Below are positions 1-11,600 of a DNA stretch of 64,000 bases, one piece after another. The position numbers and the translations under genes were made by a program. The notes beneath the pieces were generated by a model. It made no database searches and had not been told where the DNA came from. It saw only the letters and a list, made by a program, of their open reading frames with translations. Numbering within the stretch: position 1 is the first letter of the stretch; every line of letters starts with the position of its first letter. Source of the DNA: Euglena gracilis (taxonomy: Eukaryota); NCBI GenBank assembly GCA_039621445.1, contig CP154954.1:9819849-9883848 (forward strand), given 5' to 3'.

Positions 1-3000
1 GTCGGCAAAAGTGCAAAAATGAATGCAGGCAGCAATCCCTCGCTGACTGTTTCGACACGGGCCCTCGTGATCGTCCATGATGACGAGGGTCGGTTGGTCG
101 TCAGCCAGGAGGTCTTTCAGCTGGAATGGCAAATGCGGAAATTAGAAGAAAACTTTGGGAACAAATCCAGCTGCGGTAAGAACGGGGGTGGGACAAAACA
201 AAGAGAGACATAAGCAAACGCGGCAGACCTGCTCGTTGTACACCTCCAAAAATGACACTCGCAAAAGAGAGACACGATCAACGGAGGCCATTCTCGTCCG
301 CCAACCAAAGTTCTCATTGGCGCGCACTATGGACTAAAAGCGGCTGCCAGACAAATGCACACAGCCGGGCCACACTTTCCACCCGGGGGAGGGGGGGGGG
401 GGGCGAAGAGGATGGCCCCTCGGGCGTGTTGCGGATGTGGTCGAAGAAATCATTCACGGCCATCGTGATGAACCCGGGGGAGGCACCATGGCCGCTGATG
501 GTGAACGTCTTCCTGACGAGCAGAAGAAATGTGGTTAATGAACTGCGGCACCCTCCGTTGCGCTATTGCTGCAGCAAAACAATTTTGCTATCCCCAGTGG
601 ATCTCCCAGCTTTTTGCCAGTCAGAGCTTCGTCAACCCCCCCCCTGTTTCCACAGTTGGTAGTTGGGTTGGTACTTGATAGGCAGTTTCAGAATCACTGG
701 ATGAAGCCGACGTGTTCTTCGGCCGAGACACCGCTTTGGAAATGAGTGAAATATGCGACGCGATAATAGCTTCGGAGGTTTGCTTTTTTGTGTTCTGTTC
801 AATTTGGCAAATTTAACAACGACATTGTCGTTCCAGACAGGTGCCAGTTTTCCTCCTGAATTAAAGGTTCACAGCCACTGCGAGAGAAGGTATTCCTTAT
901 TGCCAACCTACCCGTTGTTTGGCCGTTGTATACTCAAAAGGCCCTGTTGCATTAGTTGGGGGTGGGGGGAGATGACCTCCATGACCCCATGACCCCTTGG
1001 AAAGATTATGAGACACAAGCACAGACACATACATGCATGCAGCCCTGTCAACACTGTTTTTTCCCTCTGGATTTGTTTGGGATGCGGCAGCCTCTGGCAT
1101 CAGATTGCTGCCAGGGGGACAGCACACCCACTGTTGGTCTGTCCATAGGCCATGATGCACCCGTTGTATCCCTCAAAGACTTGCTGGACGATCCTTCTCA
1201 GGCCCACAAGACCGGAAGGATGAGAAGGAAATGGAAATGGGTAAAGACTTCAGCAGGTGAATGGCCAGCTGCTACACGCTCACATTCATACACGTGCAAT
1301 CAAACGCACGTTGTGTGCCACAACACAAACACACATATCACACATCACACATCACACACACCCACACATCACCCGCATCACACACATCGCACACACAGTG
1401 AAATTCATTCTGCAGAACAAAAGCACAGACAAGTCACACCATGATATCAATCACATCCGCCACAGCGGAACTTTGCCCCCACCGCAGTGTCATGTTGCGG
1501 GGGGAAATTGCTTCAGGAAAGAAAAAAGAAACCGGTCCTCTGTTGCAGGGGTGGTCCTCCTCTGGCTCCTTCACCCAGACCACTATGCCCTAAGCAACTA
1601 CCCCAGAGAACCCAATCAACAACCCACCGGGGGGGAGGGGGGGGGCAACGTGGGGTAAGGTAATGGTGGCAATTTGCTTGGTGTCGTTCTCAGGTGCAGG
1701 GAAGATGCTGTCGAACACTGCTAGGAGCAGGGTTGGCTCACGCTGTGGAAAGGCCCCGTCGGTGAGAGACCGTCACGCCGACATTAGAAAAAGGGAGGGA
1801 GGTGGGCAACGCTAGACGACATTAGAAAGAGGCGGTCAGGGCACGCTCGAGGGGGGGAGGGCAGCCCAGTGACCCGAAGAGGCCCGGAATGGGTTCCGAG
1901 ATTCCCGTCCAACTCTGCGGGCCTGTGCGGCAGCCCCACTTCCCGGTACAGCTCCGTGGTGGGCACGTGCATCCCCCACAGGTGGCTGAACGTGAACTGC
2001 TGGGCGGTCCGCACCGAGCCGTACTCCACCTTCGTCGGGTTGAGGGTGATGCTGCGGTCATCCCACTTCCACGCCAGCGATGAGGAGAGAGGAGGGCTTG
2101 ATGGGAGAGTCACTTCAGGAATCCATTCCTGCGTGCTGATAATGCTGATGCTGATGTGGGTGAAAAGTCACTTAACAAAAGGCATAAGAAAGTCAAATTT
2201 TGCCTAAATAAAAAACTGCAACACACAACACACAACACACAACACACACAAAAAAAACCTGCAAAGAAGAAATGCTTTGAGTTCCCCTCCCTGCTGCACC
2301 TCCATCCCCGGGTTTCTGGGGATTGGTCCCGCCTTCCAAGCCCAAGGGCCCAGCCCTCCCCTCGGCCCGTCGTTGCGGAAGATCTCCCGGCCGCGGGTGA
2401 TGCGCTGCACTTTGTTGGAGTTGGCGAGGCACCAGCCCTCCGCCTCCGTCGGCGGCGGCCGCATCCGGACGCACACCCGCACCGCCTCCGCCCGGTCCCC
2501 CGGCACCGGCGACGTGCCTGCGGGCAGGCCGGTTCGGCGCCGCTGCAAAAATTATGATAAAATCAATTATCAAATTCAAATTCTTTTTTAAAAAAAATAT
2601 CAAACGGTAACGTTACCAACATTATGAAAGAAATAATAATGTTATCAAGAATTGGCATTGGTAGTATTCAAAAATATGGTATTGGAATTATTTATTATTG
2701 TTATCAACTGTGAAATAATGCGAGATTATTATGTTAAATTGCTGTACTGGTTAGTAAAATGGATTTCATGAAACTTCATAAAAATTACTATAAAATTCAT
2801 TGACGCAGTGGGATTTCAGTTTAGGTTTGGCACACATGGACCATCAAGTTTGGGGGGGGCTCTGCGGGGTTTTTAGGGGGTACCCACTCCTTGGGGGGTA
2901 TTTAAGGTCAATTTTCCCCAAACCTTTCATCCACCAATCCGCCACATAGGCTCCCAAAGTTTCGAAAATTTGGGAAATACTCCACAGCATTTGCTTAGCA

Positions 3001-3729
3001 TTACAGGGGGGAAGGGGTGGCCATTTTTCATATTCAAAAAAACAGGCAATTCTTTGGGAAAGCAGAAAAGGCAAACACAGGCCTTAAACCTCTTTGTGGC
3101 TGCACACGAGAGGCATCTGACTCAAAACCCCGCCTTCGAACGTCCTCTGGGGTGGTGGCTGCCAAGCACCCCGGCAGGGGAGCGGCCTGGTGCTGACGCT
3201 GGCACTACCGCGTGGCACGGGGCTCTCAGACCGGACGGACGGGGCGCGGGCGGGCACCGGGGAGGTTGGCTCACAATGCCAGGGTATTAACCGAGTGAGG
3301 AGGGATGGTCTGGACCCCCCTTCCCACCCCCTGGTGGGGGGTCCAACCCCCTGTACAAAAAATATCCAGCCCAAAATGCCAGAAAAAAATTTTTTTGGAA
3401 ATTTTTGGAAAATGCCAGAAAAAAAATTTTTGGAATGCCCAAAAATAACATTTTATTTTCTTTGAAAAATGGGCCAAAATATACACCAAAATTTTCATGT
3501 TCCCCAACGCGAAGCGCCGGAGAAAATGTTTTGCATCCCGGGGGAGGGGGGGGTCTGACGCCCCTGCTCCGCCCTGTGCGGAGCCGGCCTTCGCTCGGCC
3601 TTCGCTTCGCTTCCTTCCAAAACCAAACCTTCGCTCAGTACCCTGCGTGGGGCGGCTCGCTGCAGATGGACGCGGTGCGGGCGGGAAAGGGGGCGGGCGG
3701 GGACAGGGCGCCGCCGGCCCGACATCCAT
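1..3729 (-). CDS. Kinesin motor protein (kinesin-7/CENP-E-like), 5' portion; continues beyond the window start
   Basis: Hand-spliced exons (minus): 3729-3649, 3274-3170, 2542-2367, 2081-1929, 1193-1128, 512-422, 279-229, 120-~58. All joins are in frame and give a Pro-rich N-terminus, then AVRVCVRMRP...FTFSHLWG...ELYREVGLPIVQQVFEGYNGCIMAYGQTNSGKTFTISG...NTPDRVSLLRVSFLEVYNEQLKDLL (kinesin beta1, P-loop and LEIYNE-type motifs). The subfamily call is from recalled motif similarity. Confidence 0.92.
280..421 (-). other. Nonconventional intron (kinesin)
   Basis: No GT/AG. GGGCCATCCTC at +4 pairs with GAGAATGGCCT ending at -6. Removal gives in-frame NTP|DRVSLLRVS. Confidence 0.8.
1194..1928 (-). 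other. Nonconventional/intermediate intron (kinesin)
   Basis: Starts GCA-CAGGCCCGC and ends GTGGGCCTG-AGAAG (9-bp stem with one G:U; +4 CAG / -8 CTG). In-frame join VGLP|IVQQVFEGYNG. Confidence 0.85.
2082..2366 (-). other. Nonconventional intron (kinesin)
   Basis: GAGGGGAGGGCT at +4 pairs with AGCCCTCCTCTC ending at -6. In-frame join RNDG|SLAWKW. Confidence 0.8.
3275..3648 (-). other. Nonconventional intron (kinesin) with MITE-like ends
   Basis: ACG-CAGGGTACTGAGCGA ... TCGGTTAATACCCTG-GCATT. In-frame join SRP|VSQ. No TSD remains. Confidence 0.75.
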
Positions 3730-4050
3730 GCGGGTTTTGGAACAGCGAGTACGGGGGGCCTTGCGTTTGGGTTTGATGATGCGGAATGGACTGTGCGCCA
3801 AAAAGACGGATCTTCCTCAAAGGCATGAAGGGATGCTTGCATGCAGCCTTTTCTTGAAGGTCCCCCCATTCACACACATGTTACAATTATTATATCATAA
3901 TAATAATTATAATACATATAAGATACAAGAATAATTAATTACTATAATACATGTAAGGTGCTGGATATGGGACAATAAAAAACGTTGGATGATTCAAAAA
4001 GTCCTCGGGCCACCTATGCACACCGTGCGATTTCTTCAGGAGGCATGGTG

Positions 4051-5342
4051 TCACTCAAATGCGCGTTGCTGCTGGACAGGAAACAAAGAAAGGCGCCCAG
4101 TGCCATGTGGCGGCGGTTTCCTGATCTGCAGTACCGTCATTTCCGGCCAGGGGCTGGTGGTGACGTACGGCAGGCTTTTTGACATGGCGGGCGATTCGGG
4201 GCGGGACGGGGGCCGGGAGGTTTGGTGGGGGCGTTCCCCTGGCCGCTGTGAGGGGAAGGGGGGTGTGCTCATCGCCACAAACCCAAACGCCCTGAGGCTT
4301 TCAGGCCTTTTTTTCTCGCAAACACTCACTATGGGTCTGTCTGGTTGTTGTCCGGCGTTTTCGTCCGAATCAGCGTGGTTGTTCTGTGGGTGGTTGGTTG
4401 GACCCCACCCACCACAGGGCTTTTTCCCGGGTTCAGACCCGGGGTTACTACCTACCCGCCCCCCCCCCCCCCCCGGGAAACTGTCACCTCAGGTTGGCCA
4501 GTACCGTGGACCCTGACAGTTTCCCGGGCAGGACCCTGACAGGTTCTCGGGATGACAGTTTCCCGGGGGGGGGGGGTAGGTAAGTGAATCTATGGGGCCA
4601 ACGTTCGCCGCTGAATCCCGTGCTCCTTCCCCTCGCTGCACCGCACCGTTCATCCAATGGTTTCCTCCCGTCCACCATGGCCCATCACAGTACAGACTCA
4701 TCCAGAGAACCCAATTGCTCATATCCAGCAATTCTTTTGAGAAACTTTTTCGTGCCAGGGGACTCCAACGAATGCAGCCTACACATTCAGCAGCTGTGCT
4801 GCGTCAAAGACCGGCACAGACCTCCAGAAAAGGTTACTGGGCAGCCAAGGACTCCATGTGCCCACAGGACAGCCCCTTTGAAAGTTGCCATTGTGGCTGG
4901 TTTTGACTGCTCCTTGCGTTTTTCGCTGTCTTGTGCCGCTAATATGTGACCATCGCCAAGGAAAAATGGTCCGCAACGGCAAGTTGGCGACGGTGCGCGG
5001 CGAGGGGGCATAACGTTTCATTTTCATAAGAAAATATGTGTTTTTGAGCCACTTACCATTGTTTGCATCCAGGAAGAATCTGCCAGAAGCAATTTTGTAC
5101 ATTTTTTGGTGGTATTTTGTTGCGAATTTTAGTTCAAATCATAAAGTTTGCCGCTCCGCTGGTGACGCAACCCGCATCGAGGCAGCCAGGCGGGGCGTGC
5201 GGAAGAAGAGCGGGGCGGGCTGCGGAGGCGGTTGGGGCGGGAGGGTCGGGGTGGACCGACTGCGCAGGTACCTGGCAGTTGGAGGCCCGCTTCCGTTTGG
5301 AGCCCCCGAGTGATGGCGCCACCCCGAGGGGCCGCCTTTCAT
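4051..5342 (-). CDS. Possible exons of a small hypothetical gene
   Basis: GC-rich, exon-like islands at ~5150-5340 and ~4051-4250. The latter has a pyrimidine-rich CAG acceptor and ends in a stop (RPGERPHQ...QQQRAFE*). Could not be assembled with confidence. Confidence 0.25.
4451..4580. mobile_element. Palindromic MITE with CCTACCC...GGGTAGG ends, TA-flanked; related copies at ~6385-6495, ~43895-43985, ~54420-54543
   Basis: Shared internal GGGAAACTGTCACC-T(GA)CAGGTTGGCC(A/G)GTACCG...GACCCTGACAGTTTCCCGGG in several copies; inverted termini. Confidence 0.7.
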
Positions 5343-7272
5343 TTTGAGGGGGGGGGAGAAAATTTTGGGGTCAGCAAAAAAGGTTCAGTAGGCCCCCAGT
5401 GCTTTCTTCCCAGCGGAGCTACCCCACTGCGATGAATCTGAATAACCCCCCCTCCAGGCTCTTGCTCAAAAACCATGGGGGGGTGCTGGACTGGGAAAAA
5501 GTGACTACCTTGACCCCCCCCCCTGGAGGGGTACAGGGGTCCCCCCATCTGGAAAAAAATTCCTCTGGCGCTACGGGCCGAGGTGAAAAATGAGGTTTTA
5601 AATGGGGTTTGGGCTGATTTTTTTGATTTTTTTAATTTTTATTTTTAAACCTCCGAAATGCCAAAAATGGGCACTTTTGGTGAGTTTTGGGGTCCAAAAT
5701 TTTTTTTCTACGTTTTGCGCCAGTCACCAGAAGAAATTTTCCACTAAGATTTCCACTTGCCAAAATTGGACCAGCCCTCAAATAACCTGGCGGGGCCCGT
5801 GTTCTTGGCAGTGGCCTACTTGGCAGGGGCAAGGGCAAAAAAAGATGGCTCCAGTAACTTGGCGCCCGCCTTTTAAGGCAAAATTCCTTACGCTGAAAAA
5901 AGGGCCCAAATAACCTGACAGGGGGACAGGGCCAAAAGTTGGTTCCAATAACCTGGCACCCAGTCAGGTTATTCGGGGGGGGGGGGGTCAGTCCAGCCCC
6001 TCCCCCCCCAGGGTTATTGCGAACCCTTAAGCAATTGCCCGCCCTCCCAAAAAACCTGTCAGGGGGCAGGCTATCGGAACCATCTTTTTGGACCTTGCAC
6101 ACCTGCCAGGCAATTTGGGTGGTACTTTCAGTAGTGCTTCTGAGAACCTGTGCCGAAAGAAGGGGGTATCAGGTCACTGGAACCATCTTTTTTTGCCTTG
6201 TCCCCCCACCAAGCTATTCAGGCACTGCCAGTGCATGGGCCCCGTCAGGTTTCCTGGGGGGAAGGGAGTTTAATGAGTTGTGTGGAAATTGAATCCTGAA
6301 ACCCCAAAATTGAACTGAAAGCCCAAAATTGAACCATTTCCAATCTATCCTGGCAGGTTTTAGACACCTTGGGACTGTTCCCCCAGGAAAACTGTTACCT
6401 GACAGGTCGGTCGGTACCGGGCACCCTGACAGTTTCCCAGGCAGGACCTTGACAGGTTTTCGGGCATGACAGTTTACCAGGGGGGGGGGGTAGGGATTGA
6501 ATATTAAGAATACCTTGCAAATTACAACTGCCTTGGAGCCCAAATACCCAAAAGTGCAAAGCTTTCAATTTTGCATTCCGGACCACTGGACGTCACTGGA
6601 CGACCTTCACGGGGGGGGGGTCCAGATCAAAGGCTGGAAGATTTGGGTTGCTGGAAAAGCTGCTGGCTGACTCCCGCGATGAGGGTTCCCTGGCTGGAAC
6701 TGGGCCCGACTGGGGATCAAATCAGGGGCCGAAACTTCAACACTTCGAAAATGACTTAAAATGCCAATTACGTTAAAAAAAATTCACCGAGAATTCACCC
6801 TGGCCAGGATTTTCCAGGCCATTTTTTTTTGCTGACTCTCGGCCATTTTTTTGAACTTCCACAAACAAAAATTTGTTGCCGTCCAGCAACGGAAGGCAAA
6901 TGAACTCGTCGATGGAGGAGGGAGTCCAGGCCTAGAAATAGGAAGATGGCTGGCAGAACCACCCCCCAGGGGGTGGGGGTGCCAACAACTGAGGGCCATC
7001 TCACAATGCACTGTTTGAGTGCGGCCGAAACCCTTTCAAGTACCCCTGCAGCAGAGGGCAACAAAGAAAGGAAGCGTGGTTGAATGCATGACCATGGGGG
7101 TCTGAGAAAACCCAGAGGCTGCAGAGCGGAGAGCAGCACAATAAGGCAAACACCGGCACAGTCAACTTCTAACTGACTTAGAAATGGCGCAGGCTGGTCC
7201 TCAGAAAGCACAGCCACAATTCCACGTTGCCCGTCCTCGAAATGGAATGTGGCTCGACACAGAAACGAACTC

Positions 7273-7308
<36 letters not shown>

Positions 7309-8656
7309 CAGAAAAGCATGATGAACATCACTCATTACCAACACAAAGGGTATTACCATGGAAAGGCAGTTCTGGGCCATTTGAACCACCATATGGATCA
7401 AACCATTCGGCAATTGCACTTGCAAAGTGGTGCAAATCAAACACAAGCAGGGGTCGTTCTTCAAAAAGGTCGAAAATGAGTGCACAATCCTGCATTTTTC
7501 AAGGAAGTGCGACATATTAAAAACAAAAAAAACAAAGCTAAAAAACATAAAAAAGATATATAATAAAAAAAAATTATCTAATAAATAATATAACACCCCA
7601 CTTATAAACCCCCCGGGGTTTATAGGATCCGGATTAGTTGGTCGGCCGAAGGGGGGGGGGTATAAGTGGGGGGGGTTATAGGCTCCGGAATTGTTGGTGA
7701 AAATACGACCCCCCAAAACGACCCGAAACCCCCCCCAAATTGGCAATTTTCGGCAAACTTGGTCAAAAATGGCATTCTTGACGATGGTCGGTCTCAAAAA
7801 AAAAGCCAAAAAATCAGTTTTTTGGTGGTTTGTGGCGAAAAAAATCGTCCCTGCGTTTCCATTTTCTTTCCCCCGGGGGGCGGGGGGGGGGTTTTGTGAT
7901 CCGGTTTGGTTGGTCGGCCCGAGGGGGGGGTGGGGGTTATAGGCAGGGGGGGGGGGGTTATAAGTGGGAGGGGTTTACAAGTGGGGGGTGGGGTTTATAA
8001 TATAATAAATATTTAGAATAAATTAGGCGGCCAAGTAGTTTAACTACTGGGCCCCCCCCCGGGGGGGAGGGGCCCAGTAGTTAAATGTTGGGGCAGTCGG
8101 ACCCCCAGCGCGTTTCCGGACTGTGGTTTTGCGCTCCCCGCTAGAGATGTCCGGACAAATGCATAGGATGGAAGGCCTAGTGTTGGTATGTGTTTAAGAA
8201 AATGGGCCGCCCCCCCCCTCCGTCTAACTGCTTGGCCCTCTCCCCCGGGGGGCCAATAGTTAGAGGACACTTAAAATTATTAAAAAAAATAAAAATGAGG
8301 TGCTTTCCTCCGTCGTTCATTTTCTCCCCCTCCGAAAAAGAGCAATATTCTCTCCCTGCGAACAAAAGCAGTGAGGATCTAGATGGGTTCAAGCCTCAAC
8401 ATATGTGTGTGTGTGTGTGTGTGTTATGTGTGTGTGTGTGTGCGTAATTTGTGTGTGTGTAATTTGTGTGTGTGTAATTTGTGTAGGTGAAATTTGCCCA
8501 ATTTCAATCAAACGGTCCAATTTGAGCGGGCGCAAGAAATAATCCTGAGGACTGGGGCACAATCGCCCTGCTCACACGGAGGGGCAAACAGGTGGGGGAA
8601 AGCTTCGTTGTTGTGGTGGACAGCGAGGGGTGCCGGGCCAAAGCAGAAGGGTTCGC

Positions 8657-11600
8657 TCAAACGGCGGCCGAAGCTTTCGTTGCGGCCGGCACTGCTTCTG
8701 GAGGGGCCTGCGACGAAAACAGCAGCCAGACGTTTGTTGTGCGAGGGAGGGGAGGGGCTTTTTAGGTGGGCTTTGCCATCATTGGCGTCCCATACCCACT
8801 GCTTTCGGTTTGTGTGGTATACCAACCTTTCCGGTTCAGTGCTGGGAATGGAGGGATTGCTTCTGTTCCACTCGCTACGTTCCATTGTGGGAGACTGGGA
8901 GCGTACTTCTGTGGCCGCCCCTTGGTCCACGATATTCCAGACCCCTGGGTTCTGGACGTAGAGGTGGTTCATGTCGCGGACCACCTTGGTGCGAATGGCT
9001 GCGAGGGAGAATAGAAGTTCGTTTTTTTTGCACCGCATTTGTTATTAAATAATAAAGTTAAGATATATACATTATTTCTACATATTATGTGACATATTTA
9101 TAATATTATAATATTCCGTTATTATCACATTATTATGATATTATAGTACTATAATGTTGTAAATTGTGTATTATCATAAAAAGTGTGCACTATAAAAGTA
9201 TACACATACTAATACATCACTAAAAGTATACACATACATACATTGTACAGTATACATTAGATTATATATTATGTATTATATCTTACACATTGCACAACTA
9301 ACACGACATATTAATAATTCTTCAATATAATATATGGTACATACATGTACATAAATTACATATTATTTTTATTTGGCAGCAAAGTTCTTGACACCCCCCG
9401 CGGGCCTGGGTCACCAGAGGGGGGGGGGAGTATGGCGGCACCCAGGTCCGACGTTCAGGATCTTTCAGTCGATTCCACCCCCCAACCAGGGCAGACACAG
9501 ACATTTTTAACAAAAAAATTTGGGGGTCGAAAATTGGTGCTTCCGGAAATACGGGAGGAGGTGGTGGGGGGGGTCGACCCCCCCCCCACCCACCACCCTG
9601 GCTGTTTGGCCGATTCGCGTTCTGCCCTGCCCCCCACTGCAGCCCCAACTGTGCCGGATCCGGGCGAAATCCATCGGATTTCCGGAGGATGGGCATTCAT
9701 TTTTTAGGAACATGGTCAGGCTCGGTCAGTTCAGATCGGCGCGCCAAAAAATTGGTCCTGTTTAGGGAAAAAAGTCAGGCTGGAAGCTGGGTCCCTGTTT
9801 CGGAAGACGTTTGCGTCGCATTTTCATTGGAATGTTACCAAAATTCAGCCCAAATTCTGCCTAACTGCACCAGAACGGGGCCTGACTTCTCTGAAAATTC
9901 TGAAAAGGGGGCACCGGTCCGAACCCTAACACTATCTCCAATTAATAACCCCAACTTTCCCTCGAAGTCGGACCCGGGTGTCGCCATACCCCCCCCCTGG
10001 AGATTGTAAATGCCCCCCCAGGGAACGTCAAGAATATTGTATATAATATTATATATACAATATCATATGCAATATCATGCAAAGCGTGTTGACGGACACA
10101 CAAACAGGGGTGGGCGTATATAATGTGCGTAATAAATGTAACACACGCAGCATGTAAAACATATGTTTTACAACATAATGCATACATTTGCCCGGATTTT
10201 TAATTTTACATGAAATTCTATTGTATTAGTGACTCTTCTGAAACCAAGAAGGGGGAAAAAAACAGCACAATCAGATATTCTTCAAGTATTCTTCATAACT
10301 TGCCACAGGAATTCATATTCTCTGGAGAAACAGGGATCGGAAACAGGGAATATCTTAAGGACCCCCCAGGGCAGAACAGGAAGGCCTGGTGGGGGGTCGA
10401 CCCCCCCCCCCAGGAGGTGGGGGTTGACCCCCCCACCCACCACAGCATTTTCACCATTTCTGGGAAAACGGGGAATTTGACCGGGGAAAATCTTTGAGAA
10501 TTTTTTGAGAAATGATAAATAAAAAATACATGATTTTTTGATGGAAAACAAATTTTCTTCACAAAAAAAATCTCAAAAATTGAGGTTAAAAATTGGTAGT
10601 TTTTAGGAGGGGGGTGAAAAAAAACGAAGGTCAAAAAAATTTTCGACCAAAATTTGGCACAGTCAAATTTTAATGACAGTTTTTCCCTTGGATTTTCAAT
10701 AGAATTTTTTGCTTCAAAAACCTCTCAAATTTCGAAATTTTTGAAAGTGTGAAAAAATGGGGGTTTGGGGGTCTTTGGGGGGACTTCCTACATGGGTCCC
10801 AAAATGGGTGCAAAATACACCCAGCACGGAAGGCGCCGGGAAAAATTTGGGAGTCCAAAAACTGGTGCCACCAGAACAACGGGAAGAGGTGGTGGGGGGT
10901 CGACCCCACCACCCTGGCTGTCCGGCCGATTCCGTTCAGCCCTGACCCCTTCCCCGGGTTCCAGCCGTCCGGCTGGAAAAAGGTGCCATCTGGAAAAAAG
11001 GTGCTGGCTGGACGCTTGCTGGGACCCTCCACCCCTGGGAGGTCCCAGCTTCTGGGGTGGAGCCGGCTGGGACCCAAAAAAAAACCAGCTGAACCGCCAA
11101 AATCAGCTGGGATGCATTTTTCAGCTAATTTTTGAGGTGAAAACCCTCAAAAATACAAAAAAAAATCCAGCCAATGCTTTCTCTCTCATACAAGAAGGGT
11201 TGTGGAGGGGGATGGGATAAGCCGCGAGGAAGGGGTGCAAATGGAAGGCATCGCCCCATACCCTCGTGCATGCCGGCGTAGTCCGTCTGGCGGGAGGCCT
11301 GGGTGCTGCGCTGCACCCAGCCGGCGACCCGCAGCATGCCCTGGGCCTCGCGAATGGTCCACCGCAGGGCTCAGAGAGGGGGAAAGGGGGCGTTCCGTCA
11401 TGAACATCGGAAATCTCAGCGACCACTCCCCAATGCCACCACTTTCAATCCAGACTATTTTTGCCTTCGCTGACAGGTTCCCCTCTGTTCCCACCTGTCA
11501 TTTCTCTGATTTCCCACCTTCATTTATGGTACAAAAACAAATACATGAGTTGAATGAAACAGGGGAAAATGAAAACTGAATACAACGTGCAGTATGGGGT

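Noticed and set aside
1660-1735. Possible kinesin exon (AVFDSIFPAPEND)
   Set aside because: Flanking exons join in frame to give the conserved motor sequence without it.
8508-9038. 176-aa ORF as a single exon
   Set aside because: Better explained as two exons separated by a GT-AG intron (8708-8906), ending at TGA 8657.
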